A program made the position numbers and the translations under genes. From Octopus sinensis (lineage: Eukaryota): a stretch of DNA of 64,000 nt. Within the stretch, counting starts at the first letter, position 1, and each line of letters begins with the position of its first letter. This document shows, piece by piece, positions 27,430 through 40,859 of the stretch. Location of the stretch: the NCBI RefSeq assembly GCF_006345805.1, contig NC_043022.1, positions 12,524,001 through 12,588,000 on the forward strand, read 5' to 3'. The notes under the pieces were generated by a model that saw only the letters and a program-made list of their open reading frames with translations, was not told the origin of the DNA and ran no database searches.

Positions 27430-28105
27430 GAATATAGATCTTTGTGTGTGATGGATATTAATCGGTGTGTGATAGATATTGGTCTCCATAGGATGGATAT
27501 GGTGGACCTGCAGGTGATGAATATTGTAGATTTATGGGGGGATGGACATTGGTCTGTGTTGGCCTGCTTATGATGGATATTGGTCTGTGTGTGATGGATA
27601 TCGATTTGTGTATGATGGATGTGGTGAATCTGTGGGTGATGGATAGAGGTCAGTTTGTGAGTGATGGATGAGATATTGGTCTGCATGTGATGGATGGTGT
27701 ATTGGCCTACGTGTGATGGATAGGATATTGGTCTGCGGGTGAGGGATGGGATATTGGTCTGTGAGTGAAGGATGAGGTATTGGTCTGTACATGATGGACA
27801 GGATATCAGTCTGCAAGCGATGGACATTGGTCTGTGAGTGATGGACAGGTTATCGGCCTGTGAGTGATGGGCAGGTTATCAGCCTGTGAGTGATGGGCAG
27901 GTTGTCGGCCTGTGAGTGATGGGCAGGTTGTCGGCCTGTAAGTAACAGGTGGGTTGACGGCCTGTGATTGATGGGTGGGTTGACAGCCTGTGAGTGATGG
28001 GTGGGTTGCCGGCCTCTGGGTGACGGACAGGTTGCCGGCCTGTAGGTGACAGGCGGGTTGCCGGCCTGCAGGTGATGGGTGGGTTGTTGGCCTGCAAATG
28101 ATGGA
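27430..28105. repeat. ~22-26 bp minisatellite with a sequence gradient
   Basis: GTGATGGATATTGGTCTGTGT-type units grade into GTGAGTGATGGGCAGGTTGTCGGCCT-type units. Confidence 0.85.
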
Positions 28106-28242
28106 TGGATATTTATCTATCTGATCTTATCAACACTGATAATGCAGCAACACAGTTGTAGCTTTTGGAAGAAAGAAAACATGTTTGATACAAAAGGTGA
28201 GTGAGTGCTGTAATAGCATAGCATAGTCGTGGGTATGTTACT

Positions 28243-28400
28243 GCAGTGGTATATGCAGGTGACTAAGTGCAGCAATGATGAAGCAGGGAGATAGGTTGAT
28301 AATACTGCAGTGGTATATGCAGGTGACTAAGTGCAGCTGCAATGTAGCAGTGAAGTGGATGGATGATACTGAAGTGGTATATGCAGGTGATTAGGTGCAG
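28243..28400. repeat. ~63-bp tandem repeat, about 2.5 copies
   Basis: CTG(C/A)AGTGGTATATGCAGGTGA(C/T)TA(A/G)GTGCAG at ~28243, ~28305 and ~28369. Confidence 0.8.
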
Positions 28401-28917
28401 TAATGACATAATAAAGAATATAGTGTGTGCACAGTTAGAAACTATGTGTCTGTCTATATACAACACCTAATTCTGTCCTCACCTCCACTGTGAAATATAA
28501 ATGTCTCAATTTACTTAGCTGCCAAATCTTCTGAGATAGGGGAAGTGTTGTTTTGAGGGGATTGTTTCCTATCCACAGGATAGGTTACTAGTTATTTTAT
28601 CAGTAGTTTTAGCTGATAAATACCATAAATCCCTAACTAAATCCCTACTTATGTGATCCCTCAAGACTTGACAGCCTTTCTATTTATTAATACAATGCAA
28701 TCATTAGAATAAGGCAACTGCTGCTTGTGATAATGTATAACATGGTTAGATGTATGCATATGTTCTTCCATTGTTTTCTATTGGTTTTAGGCATTGGACT
28801 GCAGCTGTGTTAGGGCAAAACCTTCAGTTTGGTTGACCTACTGAAGGTTAGTTTCTCCTTTTAATATGAAAGAATAGAACACCAGTGTACACTCTTAAAT
28901 GTGTGTGTGTGTGTATA

Positions 28918-29017
28918 GCAGGAGTTGTATTAGGACATGAAATGTAAAAGCCGGACTAGATTATTTTATGCGCAACTCCATTGTCTCCCAAAACAAAAAT
29001 GATGCCAACAACAACAA
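28918..29017 (+). mobile_element. 3' tip of an RTE (BovB-like) LINE with (CAA)n tail
   Basis: Near-copy of 30058-30160, ending GATGCCAACAACAACAA. Confidence 0.7.
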
Positions 29018-29044
29018 TATATATATATATATTTTATAGAAGGA

Positions 29045-29093
29045 GCTTCTACAGGACTAGAACTGTTTCATTCAGATGAAATCTTCAGGAAGC
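29045..29093 (-). ncRNA. Type I hammerhead ribozyme motif (left hairpin arm)
   Basis: Minus strand: GCTTC CTGAAGA T-TTC-ATCT-GAA-T GAA ACAG-TTCTAGTC-CTGT A GAAGC. This gives stem I 5 bp, CUGANGA core, short stem II, GAAA, stem III 4 bp and a GUA cleavage triplet. Folded by eye. Confidence 0.7.
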
Positions 29094-29102
29094 TGTTGTT
29101 GC

Positions 29103-29151
29103 GCTTCCTGAAGATTTGATCTGAATGAAACAGTTCTAGTCCTGTAGAAGC
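29103..29151 (+). ncRNA. Type I hammerhead ribozyme motif (right hairpin arm)
   Basis: GCTTC CTGAAGA TTTGATCTGAAT GAA ACAG TTCTAGTC CTGT A GAAGC. Same fold, with one stem II mismatch. Confidence 0.6.
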
Positions 29152-29235
29152 CCCTTCTATAAAATAATTACTTTACTCTGCTATGTATTGAGTACCTTAT
29201 TTACTGTGGTTAACCCCAAACTCAACCCGGGACCT

Positions 29236-29237
29236 AC

Positions 29238-29268
<31 letters not shown>

Positions 29269-29592
29269 CATAAATATATATATATAAAACATAAATATAT
29301 ATATATATAAACACATAGATATATATATATATAAACACATAGATATATATATATATAAACACATAATATATATATATAAACACATAAATATATATATAAA
29401 CACAAATATATATATATATATATAAAACATAAATATATATATAAACACATAAATATATATATATATATATATATAAACACATAATATATATATTATATAT
29501 ATAACCACATAAATATATATATATATATATATATAAACACATAAATATATATATATATATATAGATATATATATATATATATATACACACAT

Positions 29593-29625
<33 letters not shown>

Positions 29626-29800
29626 ACACATAATATATATATATATATATAATATAATATATATATTATATATATATATATAAACACATAAATATATATA
29701 TATATATTATATATATATATATATATAAGCACATAAATATATATATATATATAAAAACACACACCCACACAAACACATAAATATGTATAAAAACACATAA
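29236..29800. repeat. (TA)n tract punctuated by AAACACATAAAT
   Basis: Read directly. The same interruption motif recurs at 33570-34330, 43300-43630 and 53820-54105. Confidence 0.9.
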
Positions 29801-29816
29801 ATAAATATATAGATGA

Positions 29817-30157
29817 TACAAGGATGTTTGCAAAAGGGACATGAAGGCCTGCAACATAAATATTAGCACCTGGGAAGAAATTGCCAGCAAATGTGGAGAT
29901 TGGTGACATACCGTAAAGGAGGGAACACAAAGGAGTGACAAAGAGAGAGAGGAGAAATGGAAAGACAAGAAAAGACGTCAACAAGAAACTATGACATTAC
30001 AACAAGCCAAGCACCTGCCAGAGGGAGAGTTTCTCCAGGGTAGGACTACACAGCCATAGCAGGAGATGTATTAGGACATGAAATGTAAAAGCCAGACTAG
30101 ATTATTTTATGCACAATTCCATTGTCTCCCAAAACAAAAATAATGCCAACAGCAACA

Positions 30158-30160
<3 letters not shown>
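29817..30160 (+). mobile_element. RTE (BovB-like) LINE ORF2 C-terminus plus 3'UTR
   Basis: [35 protein letters not shown]...SRVGLHSHSRRCIRT* matches the RTE C-terminal pattern (RYKDxxKRDLK..., SRIGLxSHxRxC). Confidence 0.8.
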
Positions 30161-30224
<64 letters not shown>

Positions 30225-31094
30225 GAACACACATATATGTATATATATATATGGCACGTAAAAAGCACCATCCGAATGTGGCCAATGCCAGCACCACCCT
30301 GACTGGCTTCTATGCCGGTGGTATGTAAAAAGCACCAACCGATTGTGGCCGCTGCCAGCCTGCCCTGGCACGTAAAAAGCACCCACTACACTCACAGTGT
30401 GGTTGGCATTAGGAAGGGCATCCTGCTGTAGAAACACTGCCAGATCAGATTTGAGCCTGGTGCAGATTCCTGGCTTCCCAGACCCCGGTTGAACCATCCA
30501 AGCCATGCTAGCACGGAAAACGGACGTTAAACGATGATGATGATGATGTTATATATATATATATTTACACACACACAAACACACACATATATATATCTAT
30601 ATATATATCTTTGGCTAGATATAAATATCATCATCATCATTTAATATCTGCTTTCCATGCTGGCATGGGCTGGATGATTTGACTGAGGTCTGGCGAACCA
30701 GATTGCAGTCTGAGCTGGCAGAGTTTCTGCAGCTGGATGCCCTTCCTAATGCCAACCACTCCAAAAGTGTAGTTGGTGCTTTTACGTGCCAGTAGCACGC
30801 GGGCCAGTCAGGCAGTGCTGCCAACAGCCATGTTCAAATGGTGCTTTTTTTATGTGCCACCTGCACAGGAGCCAGTCCAGCGGCACTGGCAATGACCTCG
30901 CGCGAATGTTTTTTTTCACGTGCCACCAGGACAAGTGCTAGTAAGGCGACGCAGGTAATGATCACGCTCGAATGGTGCTTTTTATGTGCCACCGGCATGG
31001 AGGCCAACCTGTTGCCCTGGCAACGATCACGCTCATATGGTACTCTTAGCACTCCACTAGCACGGATGCCAGTCGTTGATTTTGATTTTAAGGC

Positions 31095-31141
<47 letters not shown>

Positions 31142-32470
31142 ACACACACATGTTTTGTGAGGTCCTGTGCCTACATATGCATATATATATATAGATGTAA
31201 GTATGTACATACATATATATGCATCCCCTTCCTATTTTGAATTTCTGGTTTACCGAGCGTCGGCTTCGCGACTTGGCGCCCATGGTGGAATCGGAAGGCT
31301 AGGATCCTGAGTGGCGGCGTAATAACATATATGCACATATATATATATGCATGTATATTATATATGGCACGTAAAAAGCACCATCCGAATGTGGCCAATG
31401 CCAGCACCACCCTGACTGGCTTCTATGCCGGTGGTATGTAAAAAGCACCAACCGATTGTGCCGCTGCCAGCCTGCCCTGGCACGTAAAAAGCACCCACTA
31501 CACTCACAGTGTGGTTGGCATTAGGAAGGCATCCTGCTGTAGAAACACTGCCAGATCAGATTTGAGCCTGGTGCAGATTCCTGGCTTCCCAGACCCCGGT
31601 TGAACCATCCAAGCCATGCTAGCACGGAAAACGGACGTTAAACGATGATGATGATGATGTTATATATATATATATTTACACACACACAAACACACACATA
31701 TATATATCTATATATATATCTTTGGCTAGATATAAATATCATCATCATCATTTAATATCTGCTTTCCATGCTGGCATGGGCTGGATGATTTGACTGAGGT
31801 CTGGCGAACCAGATTGCAGTCTGAGCTGGCAGAGTTTCTGCAGCTGGATGCCCTTCCTAATGCCAACCACTCCAAAAGTGTAGTTGGTGCTTTTACGTGC
31901 CAGTAGCACGCGGGCCAGTCAGGCAGTGCTGCCAACAGCCATGTTCAAATGGTGCTTTTTTTATGTGCCACCTGCACAGGAGCCAGTCCAGCGGCACTGG
32001 CAATGACCTCGCGCGAATGTTTTTTTTCACGTGCCACCAGGACAAGTGCTAGTAAGGCGACGCAGGTAATGATCACGCTCGAATGGTGCTTTTTATGTGC
32101 CACCGGCATGGAGGCCAACCTGTTGCCCTGGCAACGATCACGCTCATATGGTACTCTTAGCACTCCACTAGCACGGATGCCAGTCGTTGATTTTGATTTT
32201 AAGGCTATATATATATAATATATATTATATATATATATATATATATTATATATCTACACACACATGTTTTGTGAGGTCCTGTGCCTACATATGCATATAT
32301 ATATATAGATGTAAGTATGTACATACATATATATGCATCCCCTTCCTATTTTGAATTTCTGGTTTACCGAGCGTCGGCTTCGCGACTTGGCGCCCATGGT
32401 GGAATCGGAAGGCCTAGGATCCTGAGTGGCGGCGTAATAACATATATGCACATATATATATATGCATGTA

Positions 32471-32508
<38 letters not shown>

Positions 32509-32509
<1 letters not shown>

Positions 32510-33225
32510 CATGGAGCATGTTGTACTCAAGCCAACTAGGGCGAATAACATTCTGGATCTCTGCTTCACGAACAATATGGACATCATTCATGATGTGAAA
32601 GTGACACCGACATCAGTTTCGGATCACAACATAATAGAGCTGTCTATGTTTGGGCCGAAAGTAACCAGAGACATACAGCCTACAGGAAGCACCCGAAATC
32701 TCTCCAATCTGAACTTCCACAAAGCAGATTGGAAATCGATCCAAATAGAGATCCTCAGAGAGGCCTGGCCAGAATGTCTCTCCACACCAGACATTGACAT
32801 GAAACTAGAATGTTTCATGTCTTCTGTGCAAGCCATATGCCAGAAATATGTCCCAGAGCACAAGGCCAAAACAAATAGGAGCAAGATTCCAAGAGATAGG
32901 AAGATCCTCATGAGACGAAGGACGAAGGTTGCAAATCTCAACCAACATCCCAAAAGTAGCGAAACGTCCCGCCTAAAAACAACACTGATGGAGATCGAAA
33001 AAAGGCTGCAACAATCCTATGTGAAGGAGAAAGCAGACAAAGAAGCCTGGGTTATAAAAACCATTAAATCAAACCCAAAGGCCTTCTTTCATTATGTGAA
33101 AGAAACAGTCTCAGTGCACTACAAGATAGGACCCCTCCTCCAAAAGGATGGCTCCCTCACAGACAGTCCAACTATGATCAGTGAGATGCTGAATGACCAG
33201 TTCAAAATTGTCTTTACCACTGTTG
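32509..33225 (+). mobile_element. CR1-group LINE ORF2 fragment (end of APE endonuclease plus linker)
   Basis: ORF 32511-33263: PTRANNILDLCFTN, SDHNII, NFHKADW, IKSNPKAFFHYVK, SEMLNDQFKIVFT. No RT core. Confidence 0.9.
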
Positions 33226-33567
33226 GAACACAGACAAGTGAACGAACCAGTGGACTTCTTTAGCTGCCTCACCTATAACCAGCACCATCCGATTGTGGCC
33301 GTTGCCAGCCTCGCCTGGCCTCAGTGCCAGTGGCAAGTAAAAAGCACCATCCGTCCTTGGCCGTTTCCAGCTGCGTCTGGCACCTGTGCTGGTGGCATGT
33401 AAAAAGCACCCACTACGCTCACGGTGTCGTTGGTGTTAGGAAGGGCATCAAGCCGTAGAAACACTGCCAGATCAGACTGGAGCCTGGTTCAGCCTCCTGG
33501 CTTCACAGACCCCAGTTGAACCGTCCAACCCATGCTAGCATGGAAAGCGGATGCTAAATGATGATGA

Positions 33568-33569
<2 letters not shown>

Positions 33570-33633
<64 letters not shown>

Positions 33634-34330
33634 CACAAATATATATATATATATAAACACAAATATATATATATAAACACAAATATATATATATATAAAC
33701 ACAAATATTATATATATGTATATATATATATAAAAACACATATATATATATATATATAAACACAAATATATATATATATATTATAAACACAAATATATAT
33801 ATATATATATATATAACACAAATATAATATATATATATATTATAAACACAAATATATATATATATATATATAAACACAAATATATATATATATATAAACA
33901 CAAATATATATATATCTATATATATATAAACACAAATATATATATATATAATAATATATATATAAACACAAATTATATTATATATATATATATATATATA
34001 AACACAAATATATATATATATATATATAAACACAAATATATATATAATATAATAAACACAAATATATATATATATAATATAAACACAAATATATAATATA
34101 TATTATATATAAACAAAATATATATATATATTATAAACACAAATATATATATATATATAAACACAAATATATATATATATATAAACACAAATATATGTAT
34201 GTATATAAAAACACAAATATATGTATGTATGTATATAAAACATATATATATATATAGCATATATATATATATATAGATATAAACACAAGCACTTATATAT
34301 AAATATATATCTATATATATATATATATAT
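33570..34330. repeat. (TA)n tract punctuated by AAACACAAAT
   Basis: Read directly; lies between a solo RTE-3'UTR copy (~33270-33570) and a dyad. Confidence 0.9.
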
Positions 34331-35109
34331 ATGGCATGTAAAAAGCATCATCCGAACGTGGCTGATGCCAGCACCGCCTTGACTGGCTTCTGTGCCGGTG
34401 GCACGTAAAAAGCACTAACTGATCGTAGCCGCTGCCAGCCTACCCTGGAACATAAAAGGTACCCGCTACACTCACAGAGTGGTTGGCGTTAGAAAGGGCA
34501 TCCTGCTGTAGAACCACTGCCAGATCAGATTTGAGCTTGGTGCAGATTCCTGGCTTCCCAGACCCCGGTCTAACCGTCCAAGGCATGTTAGCCCGGAAAA
34601 CGGACGTTAAACGATGATGATGTTATATATGTATATATTTACACACACACAAACACACACATATATATATATATACATATACATCTTTGGCTAGATATAA
34701 ATATCATCATCATTTAATGTCTGCTTTTCATGCTGTTATGGGCTGGATGATTTGACCGAGGTCTGGCGAACCAGATGGCTGCACCAGATTGCAGTCTGAT
34801 CTCACAGAGTTTCTACAGCTGGATGCCCTCCTTAACGCCAACCACTCCGGCAGTGTAGTGGTTGCTTTTACGCGCCACTAGCACGAGGGCCAGTCAGGCA
34901 GTATTGGCAACGGCCACGTTCAAATGCTGCCTTTTATGTGCCACCTGCACAGGAGTCAGTCCAGCGGCACTGGCAATGACCTCGTTCGAATGTTTTTTTC
35001 AGGTGCCACCAGTACAAGTGCTAGTAAGGTGATGCAGGTAATGATCAAGCTAAAATGGTGTTTTTTATGTGCAACCGGCACGGAGGCCAGCTTGTTGCTC
35101 TGGCAACGA

Positions 35110-36248
35110 ACTCTGATTCTAATGAAACTTGACACACACATAGCCCAATGTCATAATTCTAAACTAACGCAGCGAAAATTTTGAAAAGTTCCCCTAGTTC
35201 TGAAAAAAATCTATAAATTCGACATCGGGTCGAGAATCTAAGCTTATCATATGCATCACATTTTCCGTTGTAGTTTTCGCAACTTTCAATCGATTTTCAC
35301 CAAACTCATGGTGATACTTAATGTTACCCTAAGGAACTTAATTCTGACGTTAGTTTTCCATGCAATACCTTACCATCAGAAAAAATCGAAAAATTCATGC
35401 CATTTTGGGAAATCGCATTCAAATTCAACATGAAATATTTTCAACAATATCTTTAACTAATTGGCAGGAATATTTTTTGAAATTCACAGCGAGCAGCATA
35501 TAGCACAAGGAGCTATATGGCCCTTTTGATTCCAATAGGATACGTTATTACTGGAAAAAATTGGTTAATTACATCATTTATGGCACACCAAGAAAGCTGA
35601 TTTTTCTGCGATATTTTTTTAAAGTTCATATAGATTTTCCCTACACCGATGTTGGACATCAAGTTTGCATTAAATGTCAAACTAATGACCTTTTGTCAAT
35701 GCAGTTAACAAGTATTGGGAGAAATCGATAAAACCATATCACTTCGAGACCGACCATGCGAACCCTACAAAACTGACTTTTGTTAAATATTTTGCGGATT
35801 TCAGGCACACATGTGCCTTTGTTCCTTAGAGGAAAGGACTAGATCGGGATTAGTTGTTGCCTACTACAGGCTCCCGAGCCCCCTTTCACTAGACTTAAGT
35901 TAGGATTAGGTAGGGCTTAGCTGTAGTCCGAACCCAACTTGTGTTCGTGGGGGCAGTGTCAAAAGGGCCGGCATGTGCAACCTTTTCACCTCTGCCGGTC
36001 AAACTCCCAACCAATGTGTTCCCGTCGCGACACTGATCCCGCAGAACTAGGTTGGATGTGCTAAACAAAACCAGAAAATGCACTTTGACTGTCATAGATT
36101 TTCTTCATGCATGCAAGGGAACGGTGCCTTGAATACCTTAATGCGTTTTAGGCTTCATTTTACAAAATAACGGTTCAATGAGTACAAAAAAGGGTAAAGG
36201 GCATTGCTTATCGACAAAGTTTCTTACATACCCGGGCTATGCTGCTAG
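35110..36248 (+). mobile_element. Long non-autonomous Helitron variant, 5'-truncated
   Basis: Begins with the same GATTCTAATGAAACTTGACACACACATAGCCC block as the 47721 Helitron and ends CCCGGGCTATGCTGCTAG|T. Confidence 0.7.
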
Positions 36249-36646
36249 TATATATATAAAAACACATAAAAATATATATATATATATATAATATATATAA
36301 ACACTCATATATATATATATGGCATGTAAAAGCACCATCCGAACGTGGCCGATGCCAACATCGCCCTGACAGGGTTCTGTGCCGGTGGCATGTAAAAAGC
36401 ACTAACCGATTGTGGCCGCTGCCAGCACGCCCTGTCACATAAAAAGCACCCACTACACTCACAGAGTCGTTGGCGTTAGGATGGGCATCCTGCTGTAGAA
36501 ACACTGCCAGATCAGACTGGAGCCTGGTACAAATTACTGGCTTCCCAGACCCCGGTCAAACCGTCCAAGCCATGCTAGCACAGAAAACGGATGTTAAACG
36601 ATGATGATGATAATGACGTTATATATATATATTTACACACACACAA

Positions 36647-36684
<38 letters not shown>

Positions 36685-37251
36685 CTTTGGCTAGATATAA
36701 ATATCATCATCATCGTTTAATATCTGCTTTCCATGTTGACATGGGCTGGATGATTTGACTGAGGTCTGGCGAACCAGATGGCTGCACCAGATTGCAGTCT
36801 GATATGGCAGAGTTTCTGCAGCTGGATGCCCTTCCTAACGCCAACCACTCCGAGAGTGTAGTGGGTGCTTTTACATGCCACCAGCACGAAGGCCAGTCAG
36901 GCAGTACTGCCAACGGCCACACTCAAATGGTGCTTTTTGTGTGCCACCTGCACAGGAGCCAGTCCGGCGGCACTGGCAATGACCTCGCTCGAATGTTTTG
37001 TTCACGTCCCACCAGGACAAGTGTTAGTAAGGCGACGCAGGTAATAATCACGCTTGAATGGTGACTGTCATGTGCCACCGGCACGGAGGCCCACCTGTTG
37101 CCTTGGCAACGATCACGCTCATATGGTACTCTTAGCACTCCACTAGCACGGATGCCAGTCATTGATTTTGATTTCAACGCTATATATATAAATATTTATA
37201 TATATATATACACATTTCAAGAAATCCTGTGCCTACATGTGTATATCTATA

Positions 37252-37307
<56 letters not shown>

Positions 37308-37467
37308 AGTATGTATATATACATACGTATATATGCATCCCCTTTTTGTGTTGAATTTCCGGCTTACTAAGCGTCGTCATCGCGACTTGAGGTCCGTGGT
37401 GGAATCGGGAGGCCTCGGATCCTGAGTGGCGGCATAATAACATACATGCACATATATATATAAATGC

Positions 37468-37532
<65 letters not shown>

Positions 37533-37727
37533 ATTATATATATATATATATATATATAAATATTAGGGAATGAATCCAAAATTACAGGGAAAAGTCAGAT
37601 TTAGGGTAAATCCAATTTTATATAGTAAATATTATATAATATAATTTGAGACAAAACCACTATTTTAAAAACCAAACAAGGAAAGACTTAATCAATACAT
37701 AAAATTTTAATATAATTAAATAAACCG

Positions 37728-37771
37728 CCACTACAATTGTTTCATGTCTGCTACCGACAATCTTCAGGTGG
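37728..37771 (-). ncRNA. Minimal type I hammerhead ribozyme motif (Penelope-like element type)
   Basis: Minus strand: CCAC CTGAAGA T-TGTC-GGTAGCA-GACA-T GAA AC-AATT-GT A GTGG. Stem I 4 bp, stem II 4 bp, 2-bp stem III with palindromic AATT loop, GUA triplet. Confidence 0.75.
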
Positions 37772-37820
37772 ATTTTCGATCTTCTAATCAGTATCAAATT
37801 TTGATATATATATATATATA

Positions 37821-37873
<53 letters not shown>

Positions 37874-38183
37874 GCATTTATATCACCATCATCATTTAGC
37901 GTCCGCTTTCCATGCTAGCATGGGTTGGACGGTTCTACTGGGGTCTGTGAAGCCAGAAGGCTGCATCAGGCCCAGTCTGATCTGGCAATGTTTCTACTTC
38001 TGAATGCCCTTCTTAACACCAACCACTCCGTGAGTGTAGTGGGTGCTTTTTACGTGCCACCCGCACAGGTGCCAGACAGAGCTGGCAAATGGCCATGAAC
38101 GGATGGTGCTACGTGCCTCCGGCACGGGGGCCAGGCTGCGCTGGCAATGGGAACGAAAGGATTGTGCTTTTATATATAGATGC

Positions 38184-38246
<63 letters not shown>

Positions 38247-38683
38247 TTTATATATATATAAGCATATATATATATATATGCATTTATATATATAAGCATA
38301 TATATATATATATGTTATATATATATATATGCATTTATATATATAAGCATATATATATATATATATATGCATTTATATATATAAGCATATATATATATAT
38401 ATATATGCATTTATATATAAAAGCATATATATATATATATATATATGCATTTAATATATATAAGCATATATATATATATATGCATTTATATATATAAGCA
38501 TATATATATATATATATATGCATTTATATATATGCATATATATATATATATATATATATGCATTTATATATATAAGCATATATATATATATATATATATA
38601 TATGCATTTATATATATAAGCATTATATATATATATATATAAGCATATATATATATATGCATGTATATATATATATATATGCT

Positions 38684-38747
<64 letters not shown>

Positions 38748-39079
38748 TGTATATATGCATGTATATATATATATATATATATATATACATGCATATATGC
38801 ATGTATATATGCATGTATATATATATATATATATATATATACATGCATATATGCATGTATATATGCATGTATATATATAATATAATATATATACATGCAT
38901 ATATGTATATATACATGCATATATGTATATATACATGTATATACATGCTATATGTATATGTATATATATATATATAGATGCATATATGTATATGTTAATA
39001 TATATTATATAGATGCATATAATGTATATGTATATATATATATATACATGCATATATATATATATATATATATACATGC

Positions 39080-39111
<32 letters not shown>

Positions 39112-39208
39112 CATGCATATATATATATGCATATATATATATACATGCATATATATATATGCATATATATATACATGCATATATATATATGCATATATAT
39201 ACATATGC

Positions 39209-39246
<38 letters not shown>

Positions 39247-39264
39247 AATATATATACATATATG

Positions 39265-39307
<43 letters not shown>

Positions 39308-39384
39308 TCCATGTATGTATATATATATATATATATATACATATATCCATGTATATATATATATATATATATATACATATATGC

Positions 39385-39435
<51 letters not shown>

Positions 39436-39438
39436 TGC

Positions 39439-39486
<48 letters not shown>

Positions 39487-39631
39487 CATATATCCATGTA
39501 TATATATATATATATATACATATATCCATGTATATATATATATATATATACATACATATGCATGTATATATATATATATATATATCTATATACATATATG
39601 CATGTATATATATAATATATATATATATATA

Positions 39632-39743
39632 TGTCTCTCAAAAATACATTTGAAGGCTGTTCAAAATGTGTTTGTGTCAAGACAGTGACAAGACAAGGTC
39701 GGCTGATATTCATTTGTTGAAAAATCCTGCATGAAATGTATGG

Positions 39744-39802
<59 letters not shown>

Positions 39803-40376
39803 TACATGCATATATGTATATATATATATACATGCATATATGTATGTTATATATATATACATGCATATATGTATATATATATATTATATATATATATGAT
39901 GATATATAATATAATATATATATATATACATGCATATATATATATATATATATAGATGTATATATATATTATATAATATATATAGATGTATATATATTAT
40001 ATATATATATACATGTATATATATATATTATATATAGATGTTATATGTATATATATATATATATAGATGTATATAATATATATATATAGATGTATATATA
40101 TATAGAGTATATATATATATATATATATAGATATATATACATATATACATCTATATATATATATATATATACATGTATATATATATATAAATATATATAC
40201 ATCTATATATATATATATATATATATATACATCTATATATATATATATATATAATATGCATGTATATATATATATAATATATATACATCTATATATATAT
40301 ATATATATACATATATGCATGTATAATATATAATACATACATATATGCATGTATATATTATACATATATGCATGTA

Positions 40377-40420
<44 letters not shown>

Positions 40421-40547
40421 TATATATATATATAACCATACATTTCATGCAGGATTTTTCAACAAATGAATATCAGCCGACCTTGTCTTGTCACTGTCTT
40501 GACACAAACACATTTTGAACAGCCTTCAAATGTATTTTTGAGAGACA
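39632..40547. repeat. ~0.9-kb fold-back palindrome
   Basis: 39632-39746 is the exact reverse complement of ~40433-40547, and symmetry continues into the intervening microsatellite. Confidence 0.9.
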
Positions 40548-40779
40548 GGAACTTGAAATGTTCTTTGTGCATGTGTGAATGTATGTATGTATGATATTTA
40601 TATTTACAGATATATTTATGCATACTTATCTACTTATGTGTATATACATGCACACCCACATATATATTCATATTATTTATCCAGCCTGCCATCTCTGTGT
40701 GTGTCTGTCTGTTTGTCCATCTGTCCATCCATCTACACACATAATTTATATATATGTATGTATAAATGTGTGCATGTGT

Positions 40780-40825
<46 letters not shown>

Positions 40826-40859
40826 TATATAATAAATAAGTTAATCCAAACAAGAAAAC

